A stretch of DNA of 34,045 bases from Gemmatimonadota bacterium (GCA_039589315.1 JBDHHQ010000044.1:1-34045); one strand, 5' to 3'. Positions 1-9,907 are shown, counted from the first letter of the stretch. Translations and numbers: made by a program. Notes: generated by a model not told the origin, from the sequence alone.

Positions 1-1874
1 TACGTCATGGGGGCCGTCATCGTGGGCGCCGGCAACTCGACCCGCCCCACCTCTTCGCCCGTCGCCTTGTCCACCGCGTGGAAGATGGGACGCGCGCCGC
101 GGCCTTCGCCGTACATGAGCAACGAGCCGGTGACCAGCGCGGTGGCGTGGGCCCGGGCGCCCGTGTTCGGCAGATCCACACCCTGAAGCATGGGGTGGTT
201 CTTCACGTTGTCGGGAGTCTCGCCGTTGGGGATCCACCAGAGGTGCTCGCCCGTGTTCATGTCGATGGCCGTGATCCGGCCGTAGGGGGGCTTCCAGAGT
301 TGCAGCCCCTCGGGGCCGGACACCCCCCCGGGACCCACGCTGACCCAGTCCACGTTCGAGTTCTCGTCGACGTCGGTGCCGGGCCGGAGTCGGGGTGCGC
401 TGCATCCCTTGATGGAGGCCGTGTAGAGGATCCCCGTCTCCGGATCCACCACGGTGCCGCCGGGGATATTGGTGCCCCCGTTTGCGCCCGGGCAGTGGAT
501 CGACGCCGTGGTGCCGTCTGGCGCGTTCTGGATCGACGGCGGGTTGAAGAGCGGTCCGATCCGGAAGTCCTCGAGGATCTCCAGCGCCATCCGCCGGAGC
601 TCCGGCGTGAAGTCGATGAGGTCGTCCTCGGTGAGGCCCTGCATCTCGTACGCGGCGGGACGCGTGGGGAAGGGCTGCGTCGGCGAGAGCTTCTCACCGG
701 GGACGTCGGACTGTGGCACCGCGCGCTCTTCGATGGGCCAGATCGGCTCGCCCGTCTCCCGGTTCAACACGTAGGCGAAGCTCTGCTTGGTGGTCTGGAC
801 CAGGACCGGCACCCGCTCACCGTCCATGGTGACGTCGATCAGGTTGGGGGCCGCCGGGTTGTCGTAGTTCCAGACGTCGTGGTGGACGGTCTGGAAGTGC
901 CACCGCCGCTCCCCGGTCCGCACGTCGAGGGCAATGATGCTCGTGGCGAACAGGTTGTCTCCGGGGTGGAACCCGCCGAAATAATCGATGGTCGGGGGGT
1001 CGGTGACGACGTACACGAGTCCCAGCTCGGGGTCCGCGGACATGGGGGCCCACGTCGAGACGTTGCCTGTGTACGACCAGGCGTCGTTCTCCCAGGTATC
1101 GTGGCCGAACTCACCGGGCCGGGGGATGACGTTGAACTTCCAGAGGTGCTCACCGGTGGCGGCGTCATACGCCAGGATGTGCCCCGGCACGTTCTCCTTC
1201 ATGGTCTGGTAGTAGCCCTGCTCGTGTGAGTTGCCGACCACCACGACTCCGTTCACCACGATGGGCGGCGACGAGTTGGTGATGTAGCCCACATCGGGCG
1301 GGAGGCCCGCCTCGCGGTCGTGGGGGTACCCCAGGTCGTCCAGGAGGTCGACCGTCCCGTGGTGGCCGAAGCCCTCGACCGGGCGGCCGGTCTCCGGATC
1401 CAGGGCGTGCAGGAAGAAGCCCGGGGTGACCAGATAGATCATGCCGCGGCCGTCCACGTCGGCGTAGGCCACCCCCTTGCCGTAGTTCTTGCGCATGGAG
1501 TCCCGCCACCGCTTGGTCTCCGGCTCGCGGAACATCCAGAGCGTCTCTCCCGTTGCCGGGTCGATGGCCATGGCCGTGCGCCGGGCGCCCGCAACGCTGT
1601 AGAGCCGTCCGTCTACGTAGATGGGTGTGGCCCGGAGCAGCGGATCGGCTTCCGGGCCGAAGTTGTCTCCCCGCCAGACCCACGCCACCTCCAGGTCGCT
1701 GAAGTTCCGGGCGTCGATCTGATCCAGCGGCGAGTACCGCGTGCTCCATGCGTCCGCTCCCCAGAATCGCCACTCCCCTTCAGGCGTCCCCCGCTCCTGG
1801 CCCACAGCGTGACCCACGGCGAGAGTGAGGGAGATCAGCGATACGAAGCCGAGGGTGGTCAGCCGCTGGCGCAT
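1..1874 (-). CDS. PQQ-dependent dehydrogenase, glucose/quinate dehydrogenase family, secreted form; 3' end runs off the window
   Basis: Translated by hand because it is absent from the ORF track (no stop in window). ATG at 1874 follows GGAGGTG. Sequence MRQRLTTLGFVSLISLTLAVGHAVG (signal peptide), then W...STRYSPLDQI, ATPIYVDGRLY, WHFQTVHHDVWNYD, SPTQPFP, KPPYGRITAIDMNTGE, and APMTY at the window edge. These are PQQ beta-propeller GDH-family motifs. Confidence 0.93.
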   Translation of the reverse strand, partial: MRQRLTTLGFVSLISLTLAVGHAVGQERGTPEGEWRFWGADAWSTRYSPLDQIDARNFSDLEVAWVWRGDNFGPEADPLLRATPIYVDGRLYSVAGARRTAMAIDPATGETLWMFREPETKRWRDSMRKNYGKGVAYADVDGRGMIYLVTPGFFLHALDPETGRPVEGFGHHGTVDLLDDLGYPHDREAGLPPDVGYITNSSPPIVVNGVVVVGNSHEQGYYQTMKENVPGHILAYDAATGEHLWKFNVIPRPGEFGHDTWENDAWSYTGNVSTWAPMSADPELGLVYVVTDPPTIDYFGGFHPGDNLFATSIIALDVRTGERRWHFQTVHHDVWNYDNPAAPNLIDVTMDGERVPVLVQTTKQSFAYVLNRETGEPIWPIEERAVPQSDVPGEKLSPTQPFPTRPAAYEMQGLTEDDLIDFTPELRRMALEILEDFRIGPLFNPPSIQNAPDGTTASIHCPGANGGTNIPGGTVVDPETGILYTASIKGCSAPRLRPGTDVDENSNVDWVSVGPGGVSGPEGLQLWKPPYGRITAIDMNTGEHLWWIPNGETPDNVKNHPMLQGVDLPNTGARAHATALVTGSLLMYGEGRGARPIFHAVDKATGEEVGRVELPAPTMTAPMT

Positions 1875-2085
1875 GTGGTCACCTCCGACGCGGGTTCTCC
1901 TTCCGAACGAAGGGGAACGGTACGGCGCCCGCGAGCCGTCAGCAATCCGCATCGGGTTCGGGCTCGGCCGCGCACGCGCCCGGGCAGCTCGCCCCCGGGA
2001 TCCGGGGCTGATCGCCACAGCACCGGATTCCGGCTAGAATGGCCGGTCCAGACCGTGAAACCCGATTTCGGATGAATGCCCGCAC

Positions 2086-3849
2086 ATGACGGGTCAGCCA
2101 CTGCCGTCCGCCGTCGAGTCGTCTGCCCGCTCGGGTTGGCTCGACCGCTTCTTCGCCTCGTACTATCGCCTTCGGCCGGTGAACGCCACGTTCATCGGCG
2201 TCCACGACTACGACGCGCTGCTGCCCGACTTCTCCGATGACGCGGTCGGCGACGCCGTGGCCGAGATGCGCGGGCTGCTGGCCGAGTCCGCGTCCCTGGA
2301 GAGCGATGAGACTCAGGGGGCTGGGTCCCCCGGCAGCGACGCCACCTCGAGGGGCGATGCGTCCACCGGGTCTGCCTTCGAGGCCCTGGACGTCCGGCTC
2401 GCGAGAGGCTTCCTGGAGACGCAGCTCTGGGAATACGGCTCCCAGCACTTCCACGGCGGGAATCCCGCCGTCTACACGGGCGAGTCCGTGTTCGGCGTCA
2501 TGGCGCCGTTCTTCACCGACTACGCCCCACTCGCCGAGCGCGTCGAGGCCGCCACCCACCGCCTCTGGCTCGTCGACGGTCTCCTGGCCCAGGCCCGGAC
2601 CAACGTAAGGGCGGCCCCCGTCGCATGGACCCGGCGCGCGCTGCGGGAATGCGAGGGGGCGCTCGCGTTCCTCACGGACGGCGTCGACGCGCTGGTGAGC
2701 GAGCACCGGATCGACGATCCTGCACTTCGTTGCGCGGCGGACAGCGCGGCTGCCGCGTTCGCGCGGTATGGAGCCTACCTGGACGGTGAGGTCCGGACGC
2801 GGCCCTCCGAGTCGTATGCGTGCGGCGAGGAGGCGTTCTCGCTTTACCTGCGAAGGGGTCATTTCCTGGACGACTCCGCCCAGGAGATCGCGCGATACGC
2901 CCGGGCGGAGCTCACCGAGGCAGACGCCCGCCTCAGGGAGGGGGCGTCCGAGCTCGGGGCCTCGAGCCCCTCCGAGGTCCTCGCCCGCCTCGCTGCGGCC
3001 CACCCGAGCCCGGCCGACTACCATGCGCGCTACCAGCGGCTGTGGGACGCGAGCCGTGAGCTGGCCGAGGCTCACGACCTCGTGACGTGGCCCGACTTTC
3101 CCATCCGCTATGTTCCCCGCCCGCGGTGGACCCGAAAGGCCGCGCCCTTCCTGTACTTCCTGTCCTACCGGTCGCCGGCGGCGTTCCATCGTCCTCCGGT
3201 CCACGACTACCTGGTGATGCCCCTGGATCCATCCGCGGACCCGGGCGAGCAGGAGCGATTCCTCAGGAAGCACAACGACGGGGTCCTCAAGTCCAACCAC
3301 GTGATCCACCACGGCGGCATCGGCCACCACGTGCAGAACTGGAACGCGTTCCGCTCACCCAGTCGCGTCGGCCGCATCGCGGCCGTGGACTGTGCGTCGA
3401 GGGTCGCCATGTTCTGCGGCGGCACGATGGCCGAGGGTTGGGCCTGCTACGCGACCGACCTGATGGGAGAGTTCGGTGGATTGACCGACCTCGAGAGGTA
3501 TGCCGAACACCAGGCGAGACGCCGTATGTGCGCGCGGGCCGTAGTGGACGTGGAGCTCCACCGGGGCCGCTTCACGCTGGAGCAGGCAGCGGACTACTAC
3601 GAGGAGTCGGCCGGCATGGGCAGGGCCGATGCCGAGAGCGAGGCGGTGAAGAACAGCATGTTCCCGGGCGCGGCGGTCATGTACCTGCTAGGCACCGACG
3701 CGATCCACGACCTGCGGCGGGAGATGACCGCACTTCAGGCCCAGCGGTTTACGCTGAGGGGGTTCCACGACGAGCTCCTCTCCTACGGCTCCGTACCCGT
3801 GAGCCTCGTCAGCCTCGACATGAAACGGAAGCACAGTGACGCCAAGTGA
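2086..3849 (+). CDS. DUF885-family protein (zincin-like), variant metal motif
   Basis: 587 aa. N-terminal PVNATFIGVHDYDALLPD, then HHGGIGHHVQ...AEGWACYA, RAVVDVELH, and C-terminal FTLRGFHDELLSYGSVP. All match DUF885 signatures. No signal peptide seen. Confidence 0.85.
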   Translation: MTGQPLPSAVESSARSGWLDRFFASYYRLRPVNATFIGVHDYDALLPDFSDDAVGDAVAEMRGLLAESASLESDETQGAGSPGSDATSRGDASTGSAFEALDVRLARGFLETQLWEYGSQHFHGGNPAVYTGESVFGVMAPFFTDYAPLAERVEAATHRLWLVDGLLAQARTNVRAAPVAWTRRALRECEGALAFLTDGVDALVSEHRIDDPALRCAADSAAAAFARYGAYLDGEVRTRPSESYACGEEAFSLYLRRGHFLDDSAQEIARYARAELTEADARLREGASELGASSPSEVLARLAAAHPSPADYHARYQRLWDASRELAEAHDLVTWPDFPIRYVPRPRWTRKAAPFLYFLSYRSPAAFHRPPVHDYLVMPLDPSADPGEQERFLRKHNDGVLKSNHVIHHGGIGHHVQNWNAFRSPSRVGRIAAVDCASRVAMFCGGTMAEGWACYATDLMGEFGGLTDLERYAEHQARRRMCARAVVDVELHRGRFTLEQAADYYEESAGMGRADAESEAVKNSMFPGAAVMYLLGTDAIHDLRREMTALQAQRFTLRGFHDELLSYGSVPVSLVSLDMKRKHSDAK

Positions 3850-5017
3850 CCGGACCCTCGCCTACGGCGAGCGGATGATGCGGGCGCTCCTCGCGGTGGA
3901 CGCCCTGTACCGCGCCGAGAGCGGCGACGGGGAGGGCTTGGCCGTCCTGAACATGGATACCGAGGGCGTGTTCTCGCCCGAGCCATGCCAGACGTACGAG
4001 GACGCACGGGGTCTGCTGACGGAGCTGAAGCGCGAGGCCGTGGAGCTGGCCGAGCCGGACCGGCGCCTGTACTACGACCAGACCTGCTACTCCACGCTCG
4101 CCTTCATCGATTGGAGGACCAAGGGGCTGTCGTTCGAGGAGCAGCTCGGAGGTTTCCTGCACGTCCCGGTCATGCCGGCTACGGCCGACGAGTTGGACAA
4201 GCTGCGGGACTCCATGCAGGACCTGCTGCAACAGATGGGCTACAGCGGTGATCTGTCGGCCCAATGTGCGGCCTGGGAGGAGTGCAACCGGGTGCCTCCC
4301 GACGAGGTCGAGGGGGTGTTGGAGGAGCTCATGGGGCAGGCCTGGGACCGGACCGGGGAGCTCCTCTTCGAGATTCCAGCACCCCGCTCCGACGGCATGA
4401 AGGTCTCCACGGTGAGCGGTGTGCCCTACAACGCCCGGTGCGACTACCTGTCCAGAACCGTGGAGCTGAACGTGGATCCCGTCCTCACGCGTCCAGCGCT
4501 CAAGCACTTGACCGTGCACGAGGGCTATCCCGGCCACTACGTCCAGTTCAAGCTCCGAGAGACGCTTTGGCAGAACGGTGAGGCGCCGGCCGACGTTCTT
4601 CTCTCCGTCGTGAACACGGCCAGCTCGTCCGTGTTCGAGGGCATCGCCGATGCGGGCATGGAGATGGTGAAGTGGCTGGACACGGAGGATGATCGCCTCC
4701 ACGCATTGATGAATCGCTACAGGGCCGGGATCGGCACCGGCGCGGCGTGGCGCCTGCACGCCCTCTGCTGGGAACCGCAGGAGGTCGAGGACTGGCTGCG
4801 GGACGTGAGCCTGGTCGGTGGGGATGGATGGGTGCGGAATCGCATGGAGTTCATCTCGGCGCCGTCGCGGGCCGTGCTGATCTGGTCGTACTGGTGGGGA
4901 GAGCGCTCGGTGTTGCCGCTCTGGAGACGGATTCCGCCGGAGCGACAGCCGGCGCTCCTCTACCATCTGTACAGTCGGCTGCACTCGGTCACGAGTGTGG
5001 GGATGCTGCGACGTTGA
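3836..5017 (+). CDS. Short DUF885-like putative metallopeptidase
   Basis: 393 aa, overlapping the upstream gene by 14 nt. Has HEGYPGH (HExxPGH) with downstream FEGIA and YWWG, as in the DUF885 catalytic core. Confidence 0.75.
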   Translation: MTPSDRTLAYGERMMRALLAVDALYRAESGDGEGLAVLNMDTEGVFSPEPCQTYEDARGLLTELKREAVELAEPDRRLYYDQTCYSTLAFIDWRTKGLSFEEQLGGFLHVPVMPATADELDKLRDSMQDLLQQMGYSGDLSAQCAAWEECNRVPPDEVEGVLEELMGQAWDRTGELLFEIPAPRSDGMKVSTVSGVPYNARCDYLSRTVELNVDPVLTRPALKHLTVHEGYPGHYVQFKLRETLWQNGEAPADVLLSVVNTASSSVFEGIADAGMEMVKWLDTEDDRLHALMNRYRAGIGTGAAWRLHALCWEPQEVEDWLRDVSLVGGDGWVRNRMEFISAPSRAVLIWSYWWGERSVLPLWRRIPPERQPALLYHLYSRLHSVTSVGMLRR

Positions 5018-6750
5018 GTAGGCGTTCTGGAGGCAGGACGACCGACGGTTCGGTCGGCCAAGTGGCACGTCGCGCCGTCGCTCCAGGCCAGGCCTTACCA
5101 CGACGACCAGGGAAGGCCAGCGCTCTGACCTGCGTGCTCACGGCTACGCTGTCGTTGGCGTGCGGTCCGGGGGAGCCGGAGGGAGGAGCCGAAGGGGCGG
5201 CGGCAACGGCCGGATCGCCCGATCACGGCCGGCGCATTCTGCGCGTCGCCTACAACCGCGAGATCGACGTCCTCAACGCCTACACCAGCCAGAACCTCGT
5301 GGACATCGAGTTCAGCATGGTCGAGGGGCTCATCACGACGGACGAGGACAACACCTACGTGCCTGTCCTGGCCAGGGAGATCCCCACCGAAGAGAACGGG
5401 CTGGTCGTGCTCCGGGACGACGGGACCGTCGAAATGACGTGGCGCCTGCACCAAGACGTCCGGTGGCACGACGGCGAGCCGCTCACCAGCGCCGACGTCT
5501 GCTTCACCTGGCGGTTTGTCGCGAGTGAGGGTTCGGTCACCTACAACCGGGACCAGTACCTGGGCATCCTCGACTGCCGGACGCCGGACGACCACACGGT
5601 GGTGTTCGTCTGGGACGGCGTGTACGGATACTACGCCGGCATCTTCGAGGCCGTGCTTCCGGAGCACGTCCTCGGGGGGATGACCACGGACGAGATCGTC
5701 AACTACGAGCCGTACAACCGCGGCCCCGAGACCATCGGCACGGGACCCTTCAAGTTCGCGGAGTGGAAGACGGGCGAGTACATCCGCGTGGTGCGGAACG
5801 ACGACTACTGGCGCGGCGCAGAGTACCCCGGCATCGATGAGGTGGTCTGGGCGTTCATCCCCGACTCCAACACGCGGCTGAACGCCTTGCTGGCGGGACA
5901 GTACCACTACGGCCAGATCGAGCCGACCCAGGTGGCCGAAGTCCGGGACCTGCCGGGCTACGACATCAATCTGATCAGCACCAACTCGGTGATGCACTTC
6001 GACCTGAGCGTAAACACGCCCCGGGGCCGCTTGCTCTTCGGGGACGCCGCCGTGCGCAGGGCCATGTTCCATGCCGTCGATCGCGGCGCGATCGCCGAGC
6101 AATTGATGCAGGGGACGGTGATCGTGGCGGACACGCCGATCAATCCCTCGAGCCCGTACCACAATGCCCATGTGGTCCGCTACGACTTCGATCCGGTGCG
6201 GTCGCGGCGCATGCTGGACGAGGCGGGCTGGACCCGGGGGCGCGACGGGATTCGGACTCGGGACGGCGAGCGCTTCTCATTCCAGATGGTCAACCGGGCC
6301 GGAAGCGCCGATCGCATCGCTATCGCCCAGGTCATCCAGGCCCAGCTCAAGGACGTGGGCATCGAAGTGACCTTCGAGACGTTGGAGAGCGCGGCGTGGA
6401 CCCAGCGGTGGCGGGGCGGGCAGTGGGAGGGCATCGTCAGCGCCTGGTTCCTGCCCGCGGACCCGAGCATCACGGGGCTGTATTCCTGCGGCGGTCCGAA
6501 CAACATGACCGGCCTTTGCGATCCCGAGCTCGACGAGGTGATGGAGGCGTCGGACCGGGCGTTCGCCCTCGAGGACCGGAAGCCGATCCTGGACCGGGCC
6601 CAGGCCATGTGGGCCGAGGCCGCGATGTCGTTGCCCATCTACTACAACGTGGTGCCCGAGGTCGTGAGCACCGACATCGGTGGGTACCGGGGCAGCGGCA
6701 CCAACTTCGGCAGCTTCTGGAACCTGTGGGAGTGGACCCTGGGGCGATAA
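5014..6750 (+). CDS. Peptide/nickel ABC transporter substrate-binding lipoprotein (SBP family 5)
   Basis: Lipobox-like LSLAC, WHDGEPLTSADVCFTW, IGTGPFKFAEWKTGEYI, VRRAMFHAVDR. The ORF-track start at 4747 lies inside the upstream gene. TTG 5014 (TTGA overlap) or GTG 5062 is more likely. Confidence 0.93.
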   Translation: MSRRSGGRTTDGSVGQVARRAVAPGQALPRRPGKASALTCVLTATLSLACGPGEPEGGAEGAAATAGSPDHGRRILRVAYNREIDVLNAYTSQNLVDIEFSMVEGLITTDEDNTYVPVLAREIPTEENGLVVLRDDGTVEMTWRLHQDVRWHDGEPLTSADVCFTWRFVASEGSVTYNRDQYLGILDCRTPDDHTVVFVWDGVYGYYAGIFEAVLPEHVLGGMTTDEIVNYEPYNRGPETIGTGPFKFAEWKTGEYIRVVRNDDYWRGAEYPGIDEVVWAFIPDSNTRLNALLAGQYHYGQIEPTQVAEVRDLPGYDINLISTNSVMHFDLSVNTPRGRLLFGDAAVRRAMFHAVDRGAIAEQLMQGTVIVADTPINPSSPYHNAHVVRYDFDPVRSRRMLDEAGWTRGRDGIRTRDGERFSFQMVNRAGSADRIAIAQVIQAQLKDVGIEVTFETLESAAWTQRWRGGQWEGIVSAWFLPADPSITGLYSCGGPNNMTGLCDPELDEVMEASDRAFALEDRKPILDRAQAMWAEAAMSLPIYYNVVPEVVSTDIGGYRGSGTNFGSFWNLWEWTLGR

Positions 6751-6776
6751 CCGGCCGGTCTTCCGTGGCGCAGGAC

Positions 6777-6834
6777 CGATTGGCCCACGTCCTGGGGGTG
6801 CCCGGGGCGATTGGCCCACCTCCCGGGGGCGCCC
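6777..6834. repeat. Imperfect 27-bp direct repeat, two copies, period 31
   Basis: CGATTGGCCCACGTCCTGGGGGTGCCC (6777-6803) and CGATTGGCCCACCTCCCGGGGGCGCCC (6808-6834), 24/27 identical. Confidence 0.8.
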
Positions 6835-6840
6835 TAAACT
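6811..6840 (+). promoter_or_regulatory. Possible internal sigma70-type promoter ahead of the permease genes
   Basis: TTGGCC (6811-6816), 18-nt spacer, TAAACT (6835-6840). An AT-rich hexamer in a GC-rich context. Confidence 0.3.
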
Positions 6841-6872
6841 AAGGTGATGACCACGCCCACCCCGCGTCGGCC

Positions 6873-7826
6873 GTGACCACGTACGTCATCCGCCGCGTCC
6901 TCCAGATGATCCCGATGGTCCTCGGGGTCACGATCGTCGTCTTCGCCATCATCCAGGCTGCCCCGGGCGGGCCCGAGGGCGCCCTCCTGGAGACCGGGCG
7001 GTTCATCGACCCCCAGGTGATCGAGAACTACCGGGAGCGGCTCGGGGTCGACCGGCCCGTCCACGTCCAGTACGTCCGTTGGCTGGGCGCCGCGATCACG
7101 GGCGATCTGGGGGTCAGCTTCTCCACGACGCGGCCGGTCGCGGAGATGATCCGGGAGCGCCTGCCCGCGACCCTCGAGCTCATGGGCGCGTCATTCCTGT
7201 TCGCAGCCGTGGTGGCGCTCGCGCTGGGCGTCTTCAGCGCGGTTCGGCAATACAGCACGTTCGATCACGTGGCGACGGGACTGTCCTTCGTGGGCATCGC
7301 CATGCCGGTCTTCTGGTTCGCTCTCATCCTGCAGCTGGTTTTCTCGGTGAGGCTCGGCTGGCTTCCAGTGGCCGGCACCGAGACGGTGGGGGCCAGCTCG
7401 CTCGGCGATCACCTCATGCACCTGATCCTGCCCGGTCTGGTGCTCTCGGTGCGGTACATCGCCGGATGGTCCCGCTACCTTCGCTCCAGCCTCCTGAGCG
7501 TGCTCCGGGCGGACTACGTGCGCACCGCCCGCGCGAAAGGACTTCCGGAAACGGTGGTGGTGGGGGTGCACGCGGTCCGCAACGCCCTCATCCCGCTGGT
7601 GTCCATCATGGCCCTGAACCTGGCCGGGATGTTCTCGGGCGCCGTGATCACCGAGACCATCTTCGCCTGGCCCGGGATCGGCCGGATGTTCGTTCAGGCC
7701 ATGTTCGCCCGCGATTATCCGCTGCTCATGGGGATCCTGTTGCTCGGCTCCGTCATGGTCATCGTGTTCAACCTCGTGGCGGACATCCTGTACGGCGTCC
7801 TCGATCCGCGGATCCGCTATGAGTGA
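6873..7826 (+). CDS. Peptide ABC transporter permease (DppB/OppB-like)
   Basis: YVIRRVLQMIP, GDLGVSF, RLPATLEL, DYVRTARAKGL (EAA-loop region), ETIFAWPGIG, DPRIRY. Confidence 0.96.
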   Translation: MTTYVIRRVLQMIPMVLGVTIVVFAIIQAAPGGPEGALLETGRFIDPQVIENYRERLGVDRPVHVQYVRWLGAAITGDLGVSFSTTRPVAEMIRERLPATLELMGASFLFAAVVALALGVFSAVRQYSTFDHVATGLSFVGIAMPVFWFALILQLVFSVRLGWLPVAGTETVGASSLGDHLMHLILPGLVLSVRYIAGWSRYLRSSLLSVLRADYVRTARAKGLPETVVVGVHAVRNALIPLVSIMALNLAGMFSGAVITETIFAWPGIGRMFVQAMFARDYPLLMGILLLGSVMVIVFNLVADILYGVLDPRIRYE

Positions 7827-8700
7827 GGGCCACGTCGTGCACAGCGCCCCGGAGACACGGGGAGACTGGGGCCAGGTGTGGATGCACCTCAGGAGGCACA
7901 AGCTGGCGGTGCTCTCCTTCTGGGTCTTCGTCCTCATGGCCGCGGTCTGCCTTGCGGCCCCCATGATCGCCCGATACGAGTTCGACGCCATCGATCTGTC
8001 CAGCATCCGCCAACGTCCCTCACTCCAGCATTGGATGGGAACCGACGACCTGGGGCGGGACCTCTTCACCCGGGTGCTCTACGGCGGCCGCGTGTCGATC
8101 CTCATCGGTCTGCTCGCTGCCGTGGTCGGTACGGGCTTAGGGTCGGCAGTGGGCGCCGTCGCGGGCTACTATGGGAGGCGGATCGACAACGCGCTCATGC
8201 GCCTCACGGACCTGGCCTATTCGATCCCGACGTTGCCGCTGCTCATCGTTCTGAGCGCCTATACCGCCGCCGCCGCGGTCTCCATGTCGGTCATCATCGG
8301 CTTGCTGAGCTGGATGGCCACTGCACGGGTGGTAAGGGGGGAGGTCCTGTCGATCAAGGAGATGGCGTACGTCGAGGCCGCCCGGAGCATCGGGGCGGCG
8401 AACCCACGCATCATCATGCGGCACGTCCTGCCCAACGCCATCGGGCCCATCGTCGTCGGCGCCACGCTGGCCGTGGGCAACGCCATCATCCTCGAGTCCT
8501 CACTCAGCTTCCTGGGGCTCGGCATCCAGCCGCCCACGCCCACCTGGGGCAACATGCTCATGGATGCGCAGGCCACGATGGCGACGAAGCCGTGGCTGAC
8601 CATCTTCCCGGGCCTGGCCATCCTGTTGATCGTGCTGGCCGTCAACTTCATCGGCGACGGACTGCAGGACGCGCTGGATCCCACCGGGAGGGGGTCGTGA
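7819..8700 (+). CDS. Peptide ABC transporter permease (DppC/OppC-like)
   Basis: HWMGTDDLGRDLFTRVLYGGRVS, YVEAARSIGA, RHVLPN, SFLGLGIQPPTPTWG, GDGLQDALDP. Confidence 0.96.
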   Translation: MSEGHVVHSAPETRGDWGQVWMHLRRHKLAVLSFWVFVLMAAVCLAAPMIARYEFDAIDLSSIRQRPSLQHWMGTDDLGRDLFTRVLYGGRVSILIGLLAAVVGTGLGSAVGAVAGYYGRRIDNALMRLTDLAYSIPTLPLLIVLSAYTAAAAVSMSVIIGLLSWMATARVVRGEVLSIKEMAYVEAARSIGAANPRIIMRHVLPNAIGPIVVGATLAVGNAIILESSLSFLGLGIQPPTPTWGNMLMDAQATMATKPWLTIFPGLAILLIVLAVNFIGDGLQDALDPTGRGS

Positions 8701-8833
8701 GGCGGGTCGGCAGCCCGTCGCCGGATGGGCGTGGGCTCGGGCGGCCGACGTCCCGGTCGGGCTCGGGGACTCCTTTGGCTCTCGCGACTCCGTGCGCCTC
8801 GAGCCAGCCCTGCCTGACGGACCGGAGGCGGAG

Positions 8834-9907
8834 GTGAGCGTCTTGGAGGTGAGAGACCTGGTCACTCGGTTTCACACCGAGCGGGGGGTCGTTCACGCGG
8901 TAGGTGGCATCTCGTACACCGTGGACGAGGGCGAGGCCCTGGCCATCGTGGGCGAGAGCGGCTCGGGCAAGACCGTGGGCGTTCTCTCCCTCATGGGGCT
9001 CATCCCCGATCCACCGGGGCGGGTGGAGGGGGGAGAGGTGATCCTGAACGGCCGGGACGTGCTCCGCCTCGGGTCCGGCGAGTGGCGGGACGTGCGGGGC
9101 AGGGAGATCGCCATGATCTTCCAGGATCCCATGACGTCCCTCAACCCGGTGCTCACGGTAGGATACCAGCTGATCGAGGCAACCAAGCGCCATCTGGGCA
9201 TGTCGACGGCCGAGGCCCGGAAGCACGCGGCCGAGCAGCTGGGGCTGGTGGGTATCCCCAACGCCGCGGAGCGGCTCTCGGACCACCCCCATCAGTTCTC
9301 CGGCGGTCAGCGGCAGCGGGTGATGATCGCCATGGCCCTCTCGTGCCGCCCCACCGTGTTGGTCGCCGACGAGCCGACAACGGCGCTGGACGTCACGATC
9401 CAGGCTCAGATCGTCGACCTGGTCAAGGACCTGCAGCGTCGCCTCGGCATGGCCATCATCTGGATCACCCACGACCTGGCCCTGGTGGCTGGCCTCGTGG
9501 ACCGCGTCGCCGTGATGTATGCGGGGAGGATCGTGGAGCACGCGCCGGTCCGAGCGATCTACAAGAGCCCGCGGCATCCGTACACCTTGGGCCTCCTCCA
9601 GTCCATGCCCACCGTGGACGCACTGCACCGTCGTCGCTTGACGGCCATCGAGGGCTCACCGCCCGACCTGCGGGTCGACCCGGGCCACTGCCCGTTTGCG
9701 CCTCGCTGCCCGCTGGCAGTCGATCGGTGTTGGACGGAGCGGCCTCCACTCCTGGGCGTGGCCCTCGACCACACGGCGGCGTGTTGGCGTTGGGAGGACG
9801 TGGCGAAGGGCGCCTGGGAACGTGCGATGAGCACCGGGGGCGGGAATCGTGCGGACGCCGACGGTGAACCGGGCCGGGGCGGCCGCCACGGTGGAGGAGG
9901 ATCGTGA
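8834..9907 (+). CDS. Peptide ABC transporter ATP-binding protein (DppD/OppD-like)
   Basis: Walker A GESGSGKT, signature [23 protein letters not shown] and C-terminal Cys cluster. GTG 8834 follows GGAGG; the ORF track starts at 8792. Confidence 0.96.
   Translation: MSVLEVRDLVTRFHTERGVVHAVGGISYTVDEGEALAIVGESGSGKTVGVLSLMGLIPDPPGRVEGGEVILNGRDVLRLGSGEWRDVRGREIAMIFQDPMTSLNPVLTVGYQLIEATKRHLGMSTAEARKHAAEQLGLVGIPNAAERLSDHPHQFSGGQRQRVMIAMALSCRPTVLVADEPTTALDVTIQAQIVDLVKDLQRRLGMAIIWITHDLALVAGLVDRVAVMYAGRIVEHAPVRAIYKSPRHPYTLGLLQSMPTVDALHRRRLTAIEGSPPDLRVDPGHCPFAPRCPLAVDRCWTERPPLLGVALDHTAACWRWEDVAKGAWERAMSTGGGNRADADGEPGRGGRHGGGGS

Noticed and set aside
78..2075. + strand ORFs 78-1229 and 1320-2075
   Set aside because: Antisense shadows of the PQQ dehydrogenase. 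Long shadow ORFs are expected at this GC content and have no family motifs.
2039..2089. uORF MAGPDRETRFRMNART* overlapping the DUF885 start (ATGA)
   Set aside because: No SD, and its ATG overlaps the putative -10. ATGA overlaps arise by chance whenever codon 2 starts with A.
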